Assembly: GCA_945881775.1 (NCBI GenBank)
Contig: CAMCVE010000012.1
Coordinates: 8,073 to 72,072 of the forward strand
DNA: 64,000 nucleotides
Source of the DNA: Bacteriovorax stolpii
GTDB taxonomy: Bacteria; Bdellovibrionota; UBA2428
Direction of reading: 5' to 3'
Every line of letters starts with the position of its first letter. Position 1 is the stretch's first letter. The notes beneath the pieces were generated by a model that ran no database searches, was not told the origin of the DNA, and saw nothing but the letters and a program-made list of their open reading frames with translations. A program made the position numbers and the translations under genes. Of the stretch, positions 18,128 to 28,977 are shown in pieces.

Positions 18128-21100
18128 GTTCGCCTCCGTCTTAAGAGTCGCTGGAGCCAGTTCTGGGGCGGTGCTTTATGAAGGGCGGTGGCGAGCTCCG
18201 AGAGAGTGTGTGTGAGTAGAATCTGTGGATTCACCGTGCAACCGAAGACGTTTTCGAGGCGATTGAGCAACTGTATCGCGAGCAGGGAGTGCCCGCCCAC
18301 ATCAAAAAACGTGTCACTGCGCCGAACGGCAGACGCGCTGTGCGTGAGGGATCTCCAGATCTCGGCGACCGTAACTTCTGCAGGAGTCTGGGGCAATGAT
18401 GTGTCGGCGGGGGGGGCAGATTGAATGGCTTTTGTGGAAATCGGCGATTGGCTCTTGATGGCCGAGCAATGAACTTCGAAGTCAGCACCCTCGGCGATCT
18501 TTTTTAGAAGGACTTGGAACTCTTGCAGCAAGTGTTCTGCGGTCTGTGAAGTGAAGAGTTCAGTGGAGTAATCGAGTTCGGCGTGCAGACCCTTCCCCGT
18601 TTCTTTGAAGGCGAGTGAGATCTCTGTCGCAATGTGTCCCGAGTGCAGGTGAACCTGACCGAGCTCCAGGTTTCCGAAGGACTGGCTTCGGTTGCGTGTG
18701 TCTTGGTAAGAAAAGAATGCTTGATAGAGGGCCGCGCTGCTTGTGCGGCTGTTTCCTGGGAGAAGTTCAGAAATTTTTTCAAAGGGCATGTCCTGATGGG
18801 CTAGTGCCCCTAGGGAGGCATCCCGAACGTTTTTCAGCAGCGTTGAGAAAGTGGTACCCTTAGGAATTTTGTTACGAAGTAGAACTGTGTTCACAAAGAA
18901 ACCAATCACACCAAGCGTTTCTGGCCGCTGTCGGCCTTGCACGGGAACTCCCACGCAGAAATCTTCCTGCCCAGACCATTGGTGAAGGAGAACTTTGTAG
19001 ACGGCTAAAAGGAGCATTGAAAGCGTCGCCCCTTGTGATGTGGCAAAGCGTGAGAGGTTCTTCACGAGAGCCTCTGGGACCGAAAACTCCATCATCTTAC
19101 TTTGGTACTTGAGTGAATCGGGACGGACGTGGTCTGCGGGCAACCTGAGTGGAGGCATGTCCATAAGGGCTTGCTTCCAGAACGGAGCGTGCACATTCCT
19201 ATTGCGAAGTTGAGTCTGAGACTGCCACTGAGCAAAATCTCGGTACTGGATCTGGAGCGGCTGAACCTTAATCTCGGCACCTTGCTCGAGGGAGGCATAT
19301 CCCGAGCCGAGCTCATCGAGCAAAAGGTCAAAGGACCATCCATCGAAAATCAGGTGATGCACAACAATGGCCATGACATGTTCGTGTTCAGATGTCTCAA
19401 AGACCCGGGCCCAGAACAGAGGTCCTTGTTTAAAATCAAAAATGCGTCGGACTTCGGTGTCGAGTCGAGCCTGTAGCTTGGAGCTTCCAATTTTTTCAAA
19501 TCCTAGGTCGAGCTTAAATGGTTTTTGCTCAAGCCGAGCGCCTTGTGCGTCCTCAACGAATACGATTGAAAGTGCAGTTTGGCGCGTGAGAAGCGAATCG
19601 AGTGAGTCTTGCAGTGCTTTGCGGCTCAGCTTGCCTTTGAGTACAAACGCTGCTGGTAGATTAAACGCGCGGCTATCCGGAAACAAACGTGCAAGATAGT
19701 AGAGGCGGGCTTGCATCGGCGACAGCGACACGCGAGCAGAGGTCTCGACTCGAGGAATATCTTCTAAGGGTAGTTGTGAGCTCCGACATTTTTGAGCCAT
19801 GGATCCGAGGGTGGCTTGAGCAAAAATGTCGGGCAGCGCGAGTTCTAAGCCCTCTTTTTCCAGGAGTCCGATGAGTCTTAGAGCAAGCACGGAGTGCCCG
19901 CCCAAAACGAAGAAATCTGAATCTGGCTCGAGCTGATTCATCTCGATACCAAGCACTTGTGACCACGCCTGCGCGAGTTGGACTTCGGCGTCGCTGAGCC
20001 CTCGCAGCGCGGATCGAGGTGCCTGCGAAGGAGGGGGAGCTTCAGCCAATTTCTTCAGAGCAACTCTGTCGATTTTGTCGTTGGCCGTCATGGGTAGAGA
20101 GTCGAGTCGATGATACCGAGTCGGTATACTGTTCTCGGCAAGGCGGCCTAGTAGCTGAGACCGTACTCCGCTTGCTGCAAGCAAGGTGCTAGAAACATAA
20201 AACGCCACGAGCTCGATTCCGGCAGGACCCTGGGCTGCGAGCACTGCGGATTGGGTGAGATCAGCGATCGATGCGAGCGCCGATTCGACCTCTCCGATCT
20301 CAATGCGATATCCCCGAATTTTGACTTGCTGGTCGCTCCGGCCCAGGATCTGTAGGTCTCCATTAGGAAGACGCCGACCCAAATCTCCCGTTCGGTAAAG
20401 GGAAGTTCCAGAACTGGCGCCCTCAAAGGGAGCGGCGACGAACTTCTCGTGAGTGAGCGATTCATTTTTCCAATATCCTTTGGCAACGCCCCATCCTCCG
20501 ATGCAGATCTCGCCAACAACTCCGGCAGGCAGGGGTTGCAGATTTGTATCGAGGATATGGATCTGCGTTTGACGTATCGGAGAGCCAATCGGGATAGAGA
20601 TGGCCTTAAGATGCTCTGGAGTCACGCGGAGGCAAGAAGACCAGATCGTCGTTTCAGTAGGTCCGTACATGTTCCACAGCTCACGACTGGTTCTAAGAAG
20701 TTCGCTTGCCAGTTCTTTGGGAAGCGGTTCTCCGCCTGCGAGAGCTCTAAGGTTGAGCGAGGCATCTGAAAGTCCCGCGAGTTGAAGCAGGGTCCAGCTT
20801 GTGGGAGTTGCTTGCAGTGTGGTGATGCGTTGTTCGCGCAGGCACGCTACGAGCGCGCGACCATCTCGAGCCATTTCGCGATCAAGGACCACAAGTTGCG
20901 CGCCGCAAATCAGCGGGAGATAGATCTCGAGACCAGCGATATCGAAGGTTAAGGTCGTGATTGCAGCGATGCGATCCTCGGGGCTAAGGCCCGGACATTC
21001 TTTCATGGAGAGTAGGAAATTTACAAGCGAGCCATGCGTCACCACGACGCCTTTTGACTTACCCGTCGAGCCCGACGTGTAGAGGATGTAGGCAGGCGTG

Positions 21101-24100
21101 CTCGCAGGAACCAGTGGAAGTGCCGTCGGAGCTTGTTTGAGATCAAGGGGTGATTCGAGCAAATCCTCGACCCACACTACGTTTCGCTCAAAAGTTGAGG
21201 CAATTTTTTGGTAGGCGCGCGAAGCCAGAACGAGCGTTGGATCCGCATCGCGGAGAATATCTAGAACTTTTGTGATCGGATACTGAGGATCGAGTGGCAC
21301 GTACGGCGCTTCGCAGCTCAGCACACCTAGGAGCGTTGCGGGCAATTGAGCTGTGCGATCGAGCAAGAGCGCAACACGGTCGCCAGGCTTCAAACCCGCG
21401 CGAAGTAGACCCTGCCAGACCTGAATGGCTGCGCGAGTGAGGCCGTCTCGGTCGAGCACTCGACCCTGCAGATCACTCACTTTGAGGCGGGAATCAAGCA
21501 AGGAACTCAGTGCGGGCTGAGTTTCAAAGGATTCAAGGGAGGGCTGCGGGGGGTTGAGGCTCACCAAGGGGAGAGCCGCAACGGGAGAGGTGGGATCGGC
21601 GGCCGCGCTGGCGAGATAGTGGCAGAGCGATTGCATCAAAGCGGTCATCTGCTCGTCACTAAAGAGATCAAGGCTGTACTGCGTCTCCAGGGTCAGGCCC
21701 CCGTCGAGTGTTTCAACAGCGTTGATAAAGAGCTCGAAATTTTCCGAGACGCGAGGCAAAGACAGGAACCCTGCATGCAGGCCGCTCCAATCGAATTTTG
21801 TGACATCGAGTGTTTGGTCGAGATTGAAAAGCACGGGCATCAGAGGCACACGGTCCTCGTGGCGCGAAACCTTCATGTCCCTTAATATTTCTTGGAACGT
21901 CGTATCACCGTGTTCAAATGCATCCAGCAAAACGCTGCGACTTGCCTTGATGTTGTCGACAAACGAACGCGCGGTTGCGGGGCGCACGCGTACAGGAAGC
22001 GTGTTCACGCAGTGCCCAACGAGCGTTGGAAAGTCGCAAGAAGCTTGTCCGGCTTTAGCCACTCCCATCACAAAGTCATTTTGCCCACTCATCCGGGCAA
22101 ACCACGTTGTGACTCCGGTGAAGAGTGTCGTAAAGAAACTCGTCCCATTCTTTAGCCCAGCTTCTCGCAGGGCTTGGATCTGCCCAGGGGCAAGAGGCCA
22201 ATCGAGTCTTTTCGATTCGAAACTTCGATTCGCCGTTCGCTCTTTATCAATGGGGAGTCGAAGACGTTCGGGGAGCGTCGTGTAGACACCTCTCCAGTAC
22301 TTGCGGTTTCTATCTTGAAGCTTTGAGCGAGCCAGTGCGTAGTCGGTCATTGATCCGGCTGGCGAGAGAGCGGGTTCGAGTCCCTTGATAAATGAACCGT
22401 AGGCAAGGGCGAGTTCCTTTATGATAATTCCTAACGACCACCCATCGCAGACGATGTGATGCGCGCAGATTCTCAGGCGCTGCTGTGTTGGACCGTCTTC
22501 AATCAAAGAGAAGCGAATCAGGGGTCCGTGGGTCAAATCAAACGGCAGCTCCGTCTCCTGAATATCTTTGACGGAGATCAAGGGGCCTGCGGGCATCGGA
22601 GCTTCGTGAAGTGCGCCGGTCTTCGCATCAAAGCGCGCTCGCAAGGAAGCGTGACGTTTAAGAAGCCACTGGAGAGCTGCTTCGAGGGCTTTTTTATTGA
22701 GCTCACCACTGAGTCTCAGCTCGACCGCCTCGTTGTAGGAGAGGCTCGCTTGAGAACTCATCTGACTCGCCATCCAGATTTCTCTTTGGGCGGGAGTCGA
22801 CGAACGGTCTTCTCCTCTTCTAAAGAAGCCAGCATCTTGCATCTCAGCTACAGAATCTTCAAATGCCTTATGACATTGTTCCAAGTCGGCTTGGCTGTGT
22901 GATGCCGTGAGGAAACAGGGAAAGTTCTCGATGATGTGGATGCCCTTGCTGCGCATCAGCAGACAAAAGAGTTCCGAGTACGGGGTCTCTTCGAGAAAGC
23001 TCAATCTAAACATCGAAGCAAAGTGGTGCAACTCAAAGGGTGCCCCCACGGACTTGAGGTGCTCGTTCACCTGCTCGACGAAGTTCTGGGTGCGAGCATT
23101 CAAGCTTTTTTGAAGCTCAGGTCCCTCACTCTTAAGATGCTTGAGGACTGCAAAGGCCGCTGAGAGCGCAAGCGGATGTCTCAGGTAGGTGCCCGCAAAG
23201 TAAGTGACTCCCACTTCGGGACGCGACTCATCTCCGAAGCGCCAGTCACCGCCGTCCAGAGCGTCCATGAATTTGCGTTTGCCGGCGATCACGCCGATGG
23301 GATTGCTGCCGCCAACAACTTTGCCATAACTGGCCAGGTCGGCTTTGACGTCGAAGATCGCCTGGGCCCCCTGCGGATGCGCCCGGAGGCCGGTGATCAC
23401 CTCATCGAAAATCAGACAAATCTCTGTCTGCTCGGTCAGAGTGCGTAGCTCTTTCAAGAAAGCTGTGGGCTGAAGGCGTGGGTTTCGAGACTGGACGGGC
23501 TCTACCAGAACGGCAGCGATTTCTGAGGCACGGTCTCGAATAACTCGGAGGCTGTCAGAATTTCCGTACTCAAGAACGATCACGTTTCCGACACTCGAAG
23601 GCATGATTCCGGGAGCTGCGGCGTAGGCGCGACCATTCTTTCCACCGCGGACAATCACTTCGTCGACGATGCCATGATAGGACCCTGCAAAGACTACGAG
23701 CAGATCTCTCTTCGTCACGGTGCGTGCGATGCGGACGCATCCCAAAACGGCTTCAGAGCCAGTGCAGCAAAAAGCCGCCCGCTCATTTCCGGTGATCTCG
23801 CAAAAGAGTTTTGCAGTTTCCCCGGCAAGAGGCGTTGAGGGACCCACCTCAATTCCCAAATCGAGTTGAGCTTTTTGGGCCTCCTTTATAAAGTCTGGAG
23901 AGTGGCCAAGGAAGTTGGTTCCAAAGCCGTTCAGAAGATCAATGTACTCGTTGCCGTCGATATCCCAGAGTTTTGATCCCTTGGATCGAGAGACAGCGAC
24001 AGGATAAACAATCTCTTTGGTGGCTGGCTTGAAGCCAGACACCACCCGAGGATCCGCAAAGTGGGCGCGGTTCTCGCTAGCGTGCGCTTTAGAGCCGGCT

Positions 24101-27100
24101 GTGCGCTGGATGTAAAGAGATTTCCATCTATCAAACGCCAGCGCTTGCGCCGGAGTGAACTCTTCTGAGGTGCGGCTGACTCGAGCGATGGCTCCGAACG
24201 GGACTCGAGTGACTTCGGCTTCTTCATCGCCTATCGAACGCGCTGCCGCAGATTCAGAAAAGACGTGGGCCATCGGGGTCTCGCCCGCACTAGGCGCCGC
24301 TGCGCCGATGTAATCCGAGAGCGTGCCGAGCGTCGCGAGGTCCTCGGTGAGTCTTCTAAAGCTCAGCGGGATTTTAAACTTTTTCTCGAGGGCAGTGGCA
24401 GCTTGTGTGAGGAACAGTGAATCGAGACCCATTTCGGTAAAGCTCAAATCGCGTCCAAAAGATGAAATTTCAAGACCCGAGATGTCTTCGAAAAGGCCAA
24501 CAACTTGCTCCAAAACGGAGTTCGAAACACCGACTGGCTCAACATCACTTGGCCTTGCGGGAGCCGCCGCGTTTAGGGTGGCTTCGGCCAAGTAATGCTT
24601 GCGCTCAAAGGGATAGGCAGGCAGAGAGACTTTACGTGCGTCGGCATCAACGGGTGTGAGAATTTCAGATCCCAAACACCAGAGTTTTCCTTGGCACGAG
24701 AGCCACTCTAACGACTCGGCTTCGCTTCGGTCGGAAAGACTCGGAACGACGTGTGTGCTTGGAGGAAGGCACTGTCTCGCGAAAGTGGTCAGATTCTTTC
24801 CTGGTCCGAGCTCTAGCCAGACGACATCGGGATTGTCGTTGTGGGCTGCGGCAACGCAGTCTTGGAATTGTATGGAAGCTCTGATGACGTTCGACCAGTG
24901 ATTTGGACTGAGGGCCTCTTCATGAGCTAAGAGACGGCCCTTGGAGCCAGAGTAGAGGTCGATCTGGGGTGCGTGGAGTCGCACGTGCTGAAGCTTGTCG
25001 AGCAAGGTCTGAGAGACGGCGTCCATGGCTGGAGAGTGATAAGCGTAGTCGACGGAAATTCTCGAAGAGGGAACGTCTTTTGTGCTCAGTAGTTCGGCAA
25101 AACTCGAGAGCTCCGGAACTGATCCCGAGACGATACTCAGGAAGGGGCTGATGGAGGCCGCGACGGCTAGATTTGGGGGCAGTATTTTTTGCACCTCCAT
25201 GGTCGGCAGTCGGACCGAGAGCATGGAACCTTTTGAAATAGCCTGCAGTGCCTTCCACTGGGTTTCGAGGAGCGCGAAAGCCTCTTGGAGCGAGAAGACG
25301 CCGGCAATCACGGCGGCTGTAAACTCGCCCAGGCTGTATCCAAGCAAGGCGCGAGGCTGTACGCCGCGATCCATCAACGTGCGAGCGAGCGAGTATTCGA
25401 GTGCAAGCAGCTTTGCCTGCGGGGAGACAGCCGCAGCGTTTGCCTCTAAACAATGGGACATGTGCTGAGCAAAAAGAGAGTCGCTCTTAAGAAGTTGCTC
25501 GCCCATGCTCGTGTACTGCGTTCCGTCTCCAGGGAAAAGAAAGAGCACGTCACGAGTCGACTGGCATTGACCCTGTCCCGAGTAAGGGCTGCTCTCTTCT
25601 AGAAGAAGTCTCTGTGCCTCGGAGCGGGAATTGGCGACGACCCATCGTCTTTCAGAGAACTCTTTACGCCCGCGAGAGGCGCTCATTGCGATGTCTTGGA
25701 TTCGAGCTGTGCGCGTCTTTAGATCATGGGCCCAATCTTTGGACATTTGGCGGAGTGCGTGTGGGCTTCGTGCAGACAGAACAAGAAGTTGGGGTCCCCT
25801 ATCGAGATCAGGCACGATGGAATCGGTCGAGGGGGCCGATTCAAGAATAACATGGGCGTTTGTTCCTCCGACGCCAAAAGAACTCACTCCGGCGCGGCGC
25901 GCTCCCGTCCAAGCACGAAGCGAAGTATTTACAAAAAACGGTGAACGACTCCAATTGTGTTTTGAGGTGGGCTGCTTGCAGCCAAGACTCGCAGGAATCT
26001 GAGCATGTTTGATTGCTAAGACAGCTTTCATGAATCCCGCGACGCCTGCGGCAGCCACCAGGTGACCCATATTGCTTTTCACGGATCCGAGAGCACAGAA
26101 ACCTTCGAGTTCCGTGTCGGCGCGGAATGCGTTCGTCAGGGCTTCGAGCTCCATTGGATCTCCGAGAGGCGTGCCAGTTCCATGTCCTTCGACGTAGGAA
26201 ATGTCTTGCGCCCGCAGTCCCGCCAATCCGAGAGCTTGGCGAACGACTTCTGTTTGTCCTTCGATGCTCGGTGCCGTAAAGCTTGGCTTAAGGCCGCCGT
26301 CGTTGTTGAGGGCGGCACCTCGAATGATCGCAAGCACCTCGTCTCCGTCACGAACCGCATCGTCGAGGCGCTTTAAAAGAACAACTCCCGCGCCGTCGCT
26401 GAACACAGTTCCACTCGAATGTTCAGAGAAGCTTGCCGTGTGTCCATCTTTTGAGAGCATGGCACCTTCTTGATAGAGGTGCCCGGCATTCTGTGGGCTG
26501 AAGACCGTGGCACCCCCGGCAAGGGCCATTTCGCAGCGACCTTCGCGTAAAGCAAAAAAGGCTTCGCTAATGGCAACGAGCGAAGTTGAGCACGCGGTAT
26601 GAATCGAAAGGGCCGGCCCCTGAAGGTCGAGTTTATAGGCGACTCGGGAGGCGACATGGTCTCTTTCATTGAGAAGTTGTGCGCCGAAGAGTCCAATTTT
26701 CTTTAAGACGTCGGAATTCCGAAAAACGTTGTTAAGGAAGTAGGTGTTCGCAGACACTCCTGCAAAAACACCGATATTGTGCGGGCGCTGGCGGCCCACA
26801 TAGCCCGCTTTTTCGAGTGCCAGCCAGCAGATCTCTAAGAAGAGACGCTGTTGAGGGTCTAAAACCGACGCTTCAGATCCAGTGAACCCAAAAAATTCAG
26901 CGTCGAAGTCGAAGGCTCCCTCTACAATCCCGCGAACCGGAATATAGTTCGGGTCTTCGCGAGCTTCACTCGGGCATATTTCATCGGGCTTAAAGAATCG
27001 AAGCGTCTCGCGACCTTCAAGGAGTGCCTGCCAGAACTCCTCGACATTTCGTGCTCCGGGAAAGCGTCCCTCCATTGCAATGACCGCTACGGCAGACTCT

Positions 27101-28935
27101 TCCGGTCTCGGAGTCGCACGTATCTTCATTTTAGAGGACTGCACTTCTTGGCTTAGAAACGTAGCCATCGAAGAGACGCTCGGATGAGCCATGAGTTGAA
27201 GCATTGAAAGCTTTCGACCGGTGGCCACCTCAAGTTTTTCGACGAGAACCTCGCCTAGCAGCGAGGATCCCCCGGCATCAAAAAAGTTTTCGTCGCGGCC
27301 CAAATTGGGGCGCTGCAAAAGTTCGGACCAGATAGGGAGGAGTTGAGACTCCATTGATCCCGAGGAAACTGTCTGTGTTGTTTTGGAGTGATCTCGGGAC
27401 TCAAGCGAAAGTTTTGCAAGTTGGGCACGGTCGAGTTTGCCATGGGCATTCAAAGGGAGAGACGCAACGAAATGAATCCGCGCCGGAACCATGTAGTCCG
27501 GTACAAGATTATTTACGCGTTCTCTGAGCGTTCTCTCGGTCACAGAAGATGATTTTTCGGCGACAACAACCCAAGCCTCGATTCGAGCGGAAACTCCCTC
27601 TCCAGTAAGGCAGGCAGCGGCTTGTGAAACACCTTCTTGGAGGGCAAGCGCCGATTCAATTTCACCAAGCTCAATGCGGAAGCCGCGGAGCTTAATCTGA
27701 TTGTCGAGACGCCCAAGGTACTCGAGGTCGCCCGAAGGAAGGCGTCGGACTTTGTCACCGCTCCGGTAGTAGAGTTGGCCTTCGCGCTGAATATACTTTT
27801 CGGCGCTGAGCTCGGGGCGCTTAATATATCCGAGAGAAACGCCTGGACCCGAAATGATAAGCTCCCCGCTCTCCCCATCTGCGACGCTGTTAAGAGAAGC
27901 ATCGCAGATAGCGAGCCTCAGGTCTTTAATTTCGCGCCCTATGTTCGAGGTCGCACTCCCGGCGTCAGCGGGCCCAACAAACTTGAAGCTTGAGAAGATG
28001 GTGCATTCGGTGGGGCCATACCCGTTGATCAGGCGCGGGTTTTCAAAACCACGCTTTTCGAACCACGGCGCAAGAAGTCTGAGATCAAGCGATTCCCCTC
28101 CGAGAATAACATATCGCAGAGAAAGGTCTTCACCTGATCCACGCAGATGACGGCGCATCAGAGGCATGAATGCGGAGGGTGTTGCGTTGAGGATGCTGAC
28201 CTTTTCATTTACTAAGAGCTCATAGAAGTCAGCCGCGGAGCGACTGACTTCGCTTGGAACAACGCAGAGTCGTCCCCCGAAGAGCAATGCTCCCCAAATT
28301 TCCCAAACAGAAAAGTCAAAACAGTAGGAATGAAAGAGCGTCCAGACATCGGTCTCGCGGAATCCATAAAGATCTTGAGCGTGTTCAAAAAGTCGGAGCA
28401 CTGAGCGGTGTGAAGTCAGTGCGGCCTTGGGTTCGCCAGTGGAGCCCGAAGTAAAGATCGCGTAGGCAGGAGCATCGGGAGAGATCTCGACCTTGAGATC
28501 CGCCGTGGAGCTCTTCGAAACAGTGGTCTGCCACTCGCGCGAGTCGCAAATCTCCAGAGGCATAGTGACTGCCATAAACGACGCGCGGAATTTTTCCTGG
28601 CTCAGGATTCTCACGGGTTCAGCGTCTTCGAGAATCGAGCGCACTCGCGCTGCCGGATAGGCGGAATCCAGCGGGATGTATGCGGCGCCGGTCTTAAGGA
28701 TCGCCAGAAGGTTCACGATGAGGTCTACATTCTTGTCCAAGAGAAGTGCGACACGAGTGTTTTTTCCGATGCCGAGGGAGTGGAGATGGTTTGCAAGTTG
28801 GTTCGAGGCTTCGTCGAGTTCGCGGTAGCTCAGGTGCCGCATCTCAGAGTCAGAGACGGCAATCCTGTCGGGAAAACGGGCGGCGGTCTTCTTGAAGGAA
28901 GCGCTGAGGCCGAGGTGTGGATCAAAATAGGGCAC
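18124..28935 (-). CDS. Hybrid NRPS/PKS: A-T-KS-AT-ACP-aminotransferase(class III)-C-A-T-C-T, no thioesterase
   Basis: A1 FTSGSTGEPK; T GGSS; KS TACS/HGTGT/GH; AT GYSLG; ACP GLDS; aminotransferase FDEVITG/YGK; C HHIVCDG; A2 YTSGSTGKSKG; T GGHS; C HHLIFDG; T GGHS. Confidence 0.95.
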   Translation of the reverse strand: MPYFDPHLGLSASFKKTAARFPDRIAVSDSEMRHLSYRELDEASNQLANHLHSLGIGKNTRVALLLDKNVDLIVNLLAILKTGAAYIPLDSAYPAARVRSILEDAEPVRILSQEKFRASFMAVTMPLEICDSREWQTTVSKSSTADLKVEISPDAPAYAIFTSGSTGEPKAALTSHRSVLRLFEHAQDLYGFRETDVWTLFHSYCFDFSVWEIWGALLFGGRLCVVPSEVSRSAADFYELLVNEKVSILNATPSAFMPLMRRHLRGSGEDLSLRYVILGGESLDLRLLAPWFEKRGFENPRLINGYGPTECTIFSSFKFVGPADAGSATSNIGREIKDLRLAICDASLNSVADGESGELIISGPGVSLGYIKRPELSAEKYIQREGQLYYRSGDKVRRLPSGDLEYLGRLDNQIKLRGFRIELGEIESALALQEGVSQAAACLTGEGVSARIEAWVVVAEKSSSVTERTLRERVNNLVPDYMVPARIHFVASLPLNAHGKLDRAQLAKLSLESRDHSKTTQTVSSGSMESQLLPIWSELLQRPNLGRDENFFDAGGSSLLGEVLVEKLEVATGRKLSMLQLMAHPSVSSMATFLSQEVQSSKMKIRATPRPEESAVAVIAMEGRFPGARNVEEFWQALLEGRETLRFFKPDEICPSEAREDPNYIPVRGIVEGAFDFDAEFFGFTGSEASVLDPQQRLFLEICWLALEKAGYVGRQRPHNIGVFAGVSANTYFLNNVFRNSDVLKKIGLFGAQLLNERDHVASRVAYKLDLQGPALSIHTACSTSLVAISEAFFALREGRCEMALAGGATVFSPQNAGHLYQEGAMLSKDGHTASFSEHSSGTVFSDGAGVVLLKRLDDAVRDGDEVLAIIRGAALNNDGGLKPSFTAPSIEGQTEVVRQALGLAGLRAQDISYVEGHGTGTPLGDPMELEALTNAFRADTELEGFCALGSVKSNMGHLVAAAGVAGFMKAVLAIKHAQIPASLGCKQPTSKHNWSRSPFFVNTSLRAWTGARRAGVSSFGVGGTNAHVILESAPSTDSIVPDLDRGPQLLVLSARSPHALRQMSKDWAHDLKTRTARIQDIAMSASRGRKEFSERRWVVANSRSEAQRLLLEESSPYSGQGQCQSTRDVLFLFPGDGTQYTSMGEQLLKSDSLFAQHMSHCLEANAAAVSPQAKLLALEYSLARTLMDRGVQPRALLGYSLGEFTAAVIAGVFSLQEAFALLETQWKALQAISKGSMLSVRLPTMEVQKILPPNLAVAASISPFLSIVSGSVPELSSFAELLSTKDVPSSRISVDYAYHSPAMDAVSQTLLDKLQHVRLHAPQIDLYSGSKGRLLAHEEALSPNHWSNVIRASIQFQDCVAAAHNDNPDVVWLELGPGKNLTTFARQCLPPSTHVVPSLSDRSEAESLEWLSCQGKLWCLGSEILTPVDADARKVSLPAYPFERKHYLAEATLNAAAPARPSDVEPVGVSNSVLEQVVGLFEDISGLEISSFGRDLSFTEMGLDSLFLTQAATALEKKFKIPLSFRRLTEDLATLGTLSDYIGAAAPSAGETPMAHVFSESAAARSIGDEEAEVTRVPFGAIARVSRTSEEFTPAQALAFDRWKSLYIQRTAGSKAHASENRAHFADPRVVSGFKPATKEIVYPVAVSRSKGSKLWDIDGNEYIDLLNGFGTNFLGHSPDFIKEAQKAQLDLGIEVGPSTPLAGETAKLFCEITGNERAAFCCTGSEAVLGCVRIARTVTKRDLLVVFAGSYHGIVDEVIVRGGKNGRAYAAAPGIMPSSVGNVIVLEYGNSDSLRVIRDRASEIAAVLVEPVQSRNPRLQPTAFLKELRTLTEQTEICLIFDEVITGLRAHPQGAQAIFDVKADLASYGKVVGGSNPIGVIAGKRKFMDALDGGDWRFGDESRPEVGVTYFAGTYLRHPLALSAAFAVLKHLKSEGPELQKSLNARTQNFVEQVNEHLKSVGAPFELHHFASMFRLSFLEETPYSELFCLLMRSKGIHIIENFPCFLTASHSQADLEQCHKAFEDSVAEMQDAGFFRRGEDRSSTPAQREIWMASQMSSQASLSYNEAVELRLSGELNKKALEAALQWLLKRHASLRARFDAKTGALHEAPMPAGPLISVKDIQETELPFDLTHGPLIRFSLIEDGPTQQRLRICAHHIVCDGWSLGIIIKELALAYGSFIKGLEPALSPAGSMTDYALARSKLQDRNRKYWRGVYTTLPERLRLPIDKERTANRSFESKRLDWPLAPGQIQALREAGLKNGTSFFTTLFTGVTTWFARMSGQNDFVMGVAKAGQASCDFPTLVGHCVNTLPVRVRPATARSFVDNIKASRSVLLDAFEHGDTTFQEILRDMKVSRHEDRVPLMPVLFNLDQTLDVTKFDWSGLHAGFLSLPRVSENFELFINAVETLDGGLTLETQYSLDLFSDEQMTALMQSLCHYLASAAADPTSPVAALPLVSLNPPQPSLESFETQPALSSLLDSRLKVSDLQGRVLDRDGLTRAAIQVWQGLLRAGLKPGDRVALLLDRTAQLPATLLGVLSCEAPYVPLDPQYPITKVLDILRDADPTLVLASRAYQKIASTFERNVVWVEDLLESPLDLKQAPTALPLVPASTPAYILYTSGSTGKSKGVVVTHGSLVNFLLSMKECPGLSPEDRIAAITTLTFDIAGLEIYLPLICGAQLVVLDREMARDGRALVACLREQRITTLQATPTSWTLLQLAGLSDASLNLRALAGGEPLPKELASELLRTSRELWNMYGPTETTIWSSCLRVTPEHLKAISIPIGSPIRQTQIHILDTNLQPLPAGVVGEICIGGWGVAKGYWKNESLTHEKFVAAPFEGASSGTSLYRTGDLGRRLPNGDLQILGRSDQQVKIRGYRIEIGEVESALASIADLTQSAVLAAQGPAGIELVAFYVSSTLLAASGVRSQLLGRLAENSIPTRYHRLDSLPMTANDKIDRVALKKLAEAPPPSQAPRSALRGLSDAEVQLAQAWSQVLGIEMNQLEPDSDFFVLGGHSVLALRLIGLLEKEGLELALPDIFAQATLGSMAQKCRSSQLPLEDIPRVETSARVSLSPMQARLYYLARLFPDSRAFNLPAAFVLKGKLSRKALQDSLDSLLTRQTALSIVFVEDAQGARLEQKPFKLDLGFEKIGSSKLQARLDTEVRRIFDFKQGPLFWARVFETSEHEHVMAIVVHHLIFDGWSFDLLLDELGSGYASLEQGAEIKVQPLQIQYRDFAQWQSQTQLRNRNVHAPFWKQALMDMPPLRLPADHVRPDSLKYQSKMMEFSVPEALVKNLSRFATSQGATLSMLLLAVYKVLLHQWSGQEDFCVGVPVQGRQRPETLGVIGFFVNTVLLRNKIPKGTTFSTLLKNVRDASLGALAHQDMPFEKISELLPGNSRTSSAALYQAFFSYQDTRNRSQSFGNLELGQVHLHSGHIATEISLAFKETGKGLHAELDYSTELFTSQTAEHLLQEFQVLLKKIAEGADFEVHCSAIKSQSPISTKAIQSAPPADTSLPQTPAEVTVAEIWRSLTHSASAVRRSDTFFDVGGHSLLAIQLLNRLENVFGCTVNPQILLTHTLSELATALHKAPPQNWLQRLLRRRRT

Positions 28936-28977
28936 GTGCCTAGTATCTTAGTGCCTGGGTGGAGGGTCGTTAAGATG

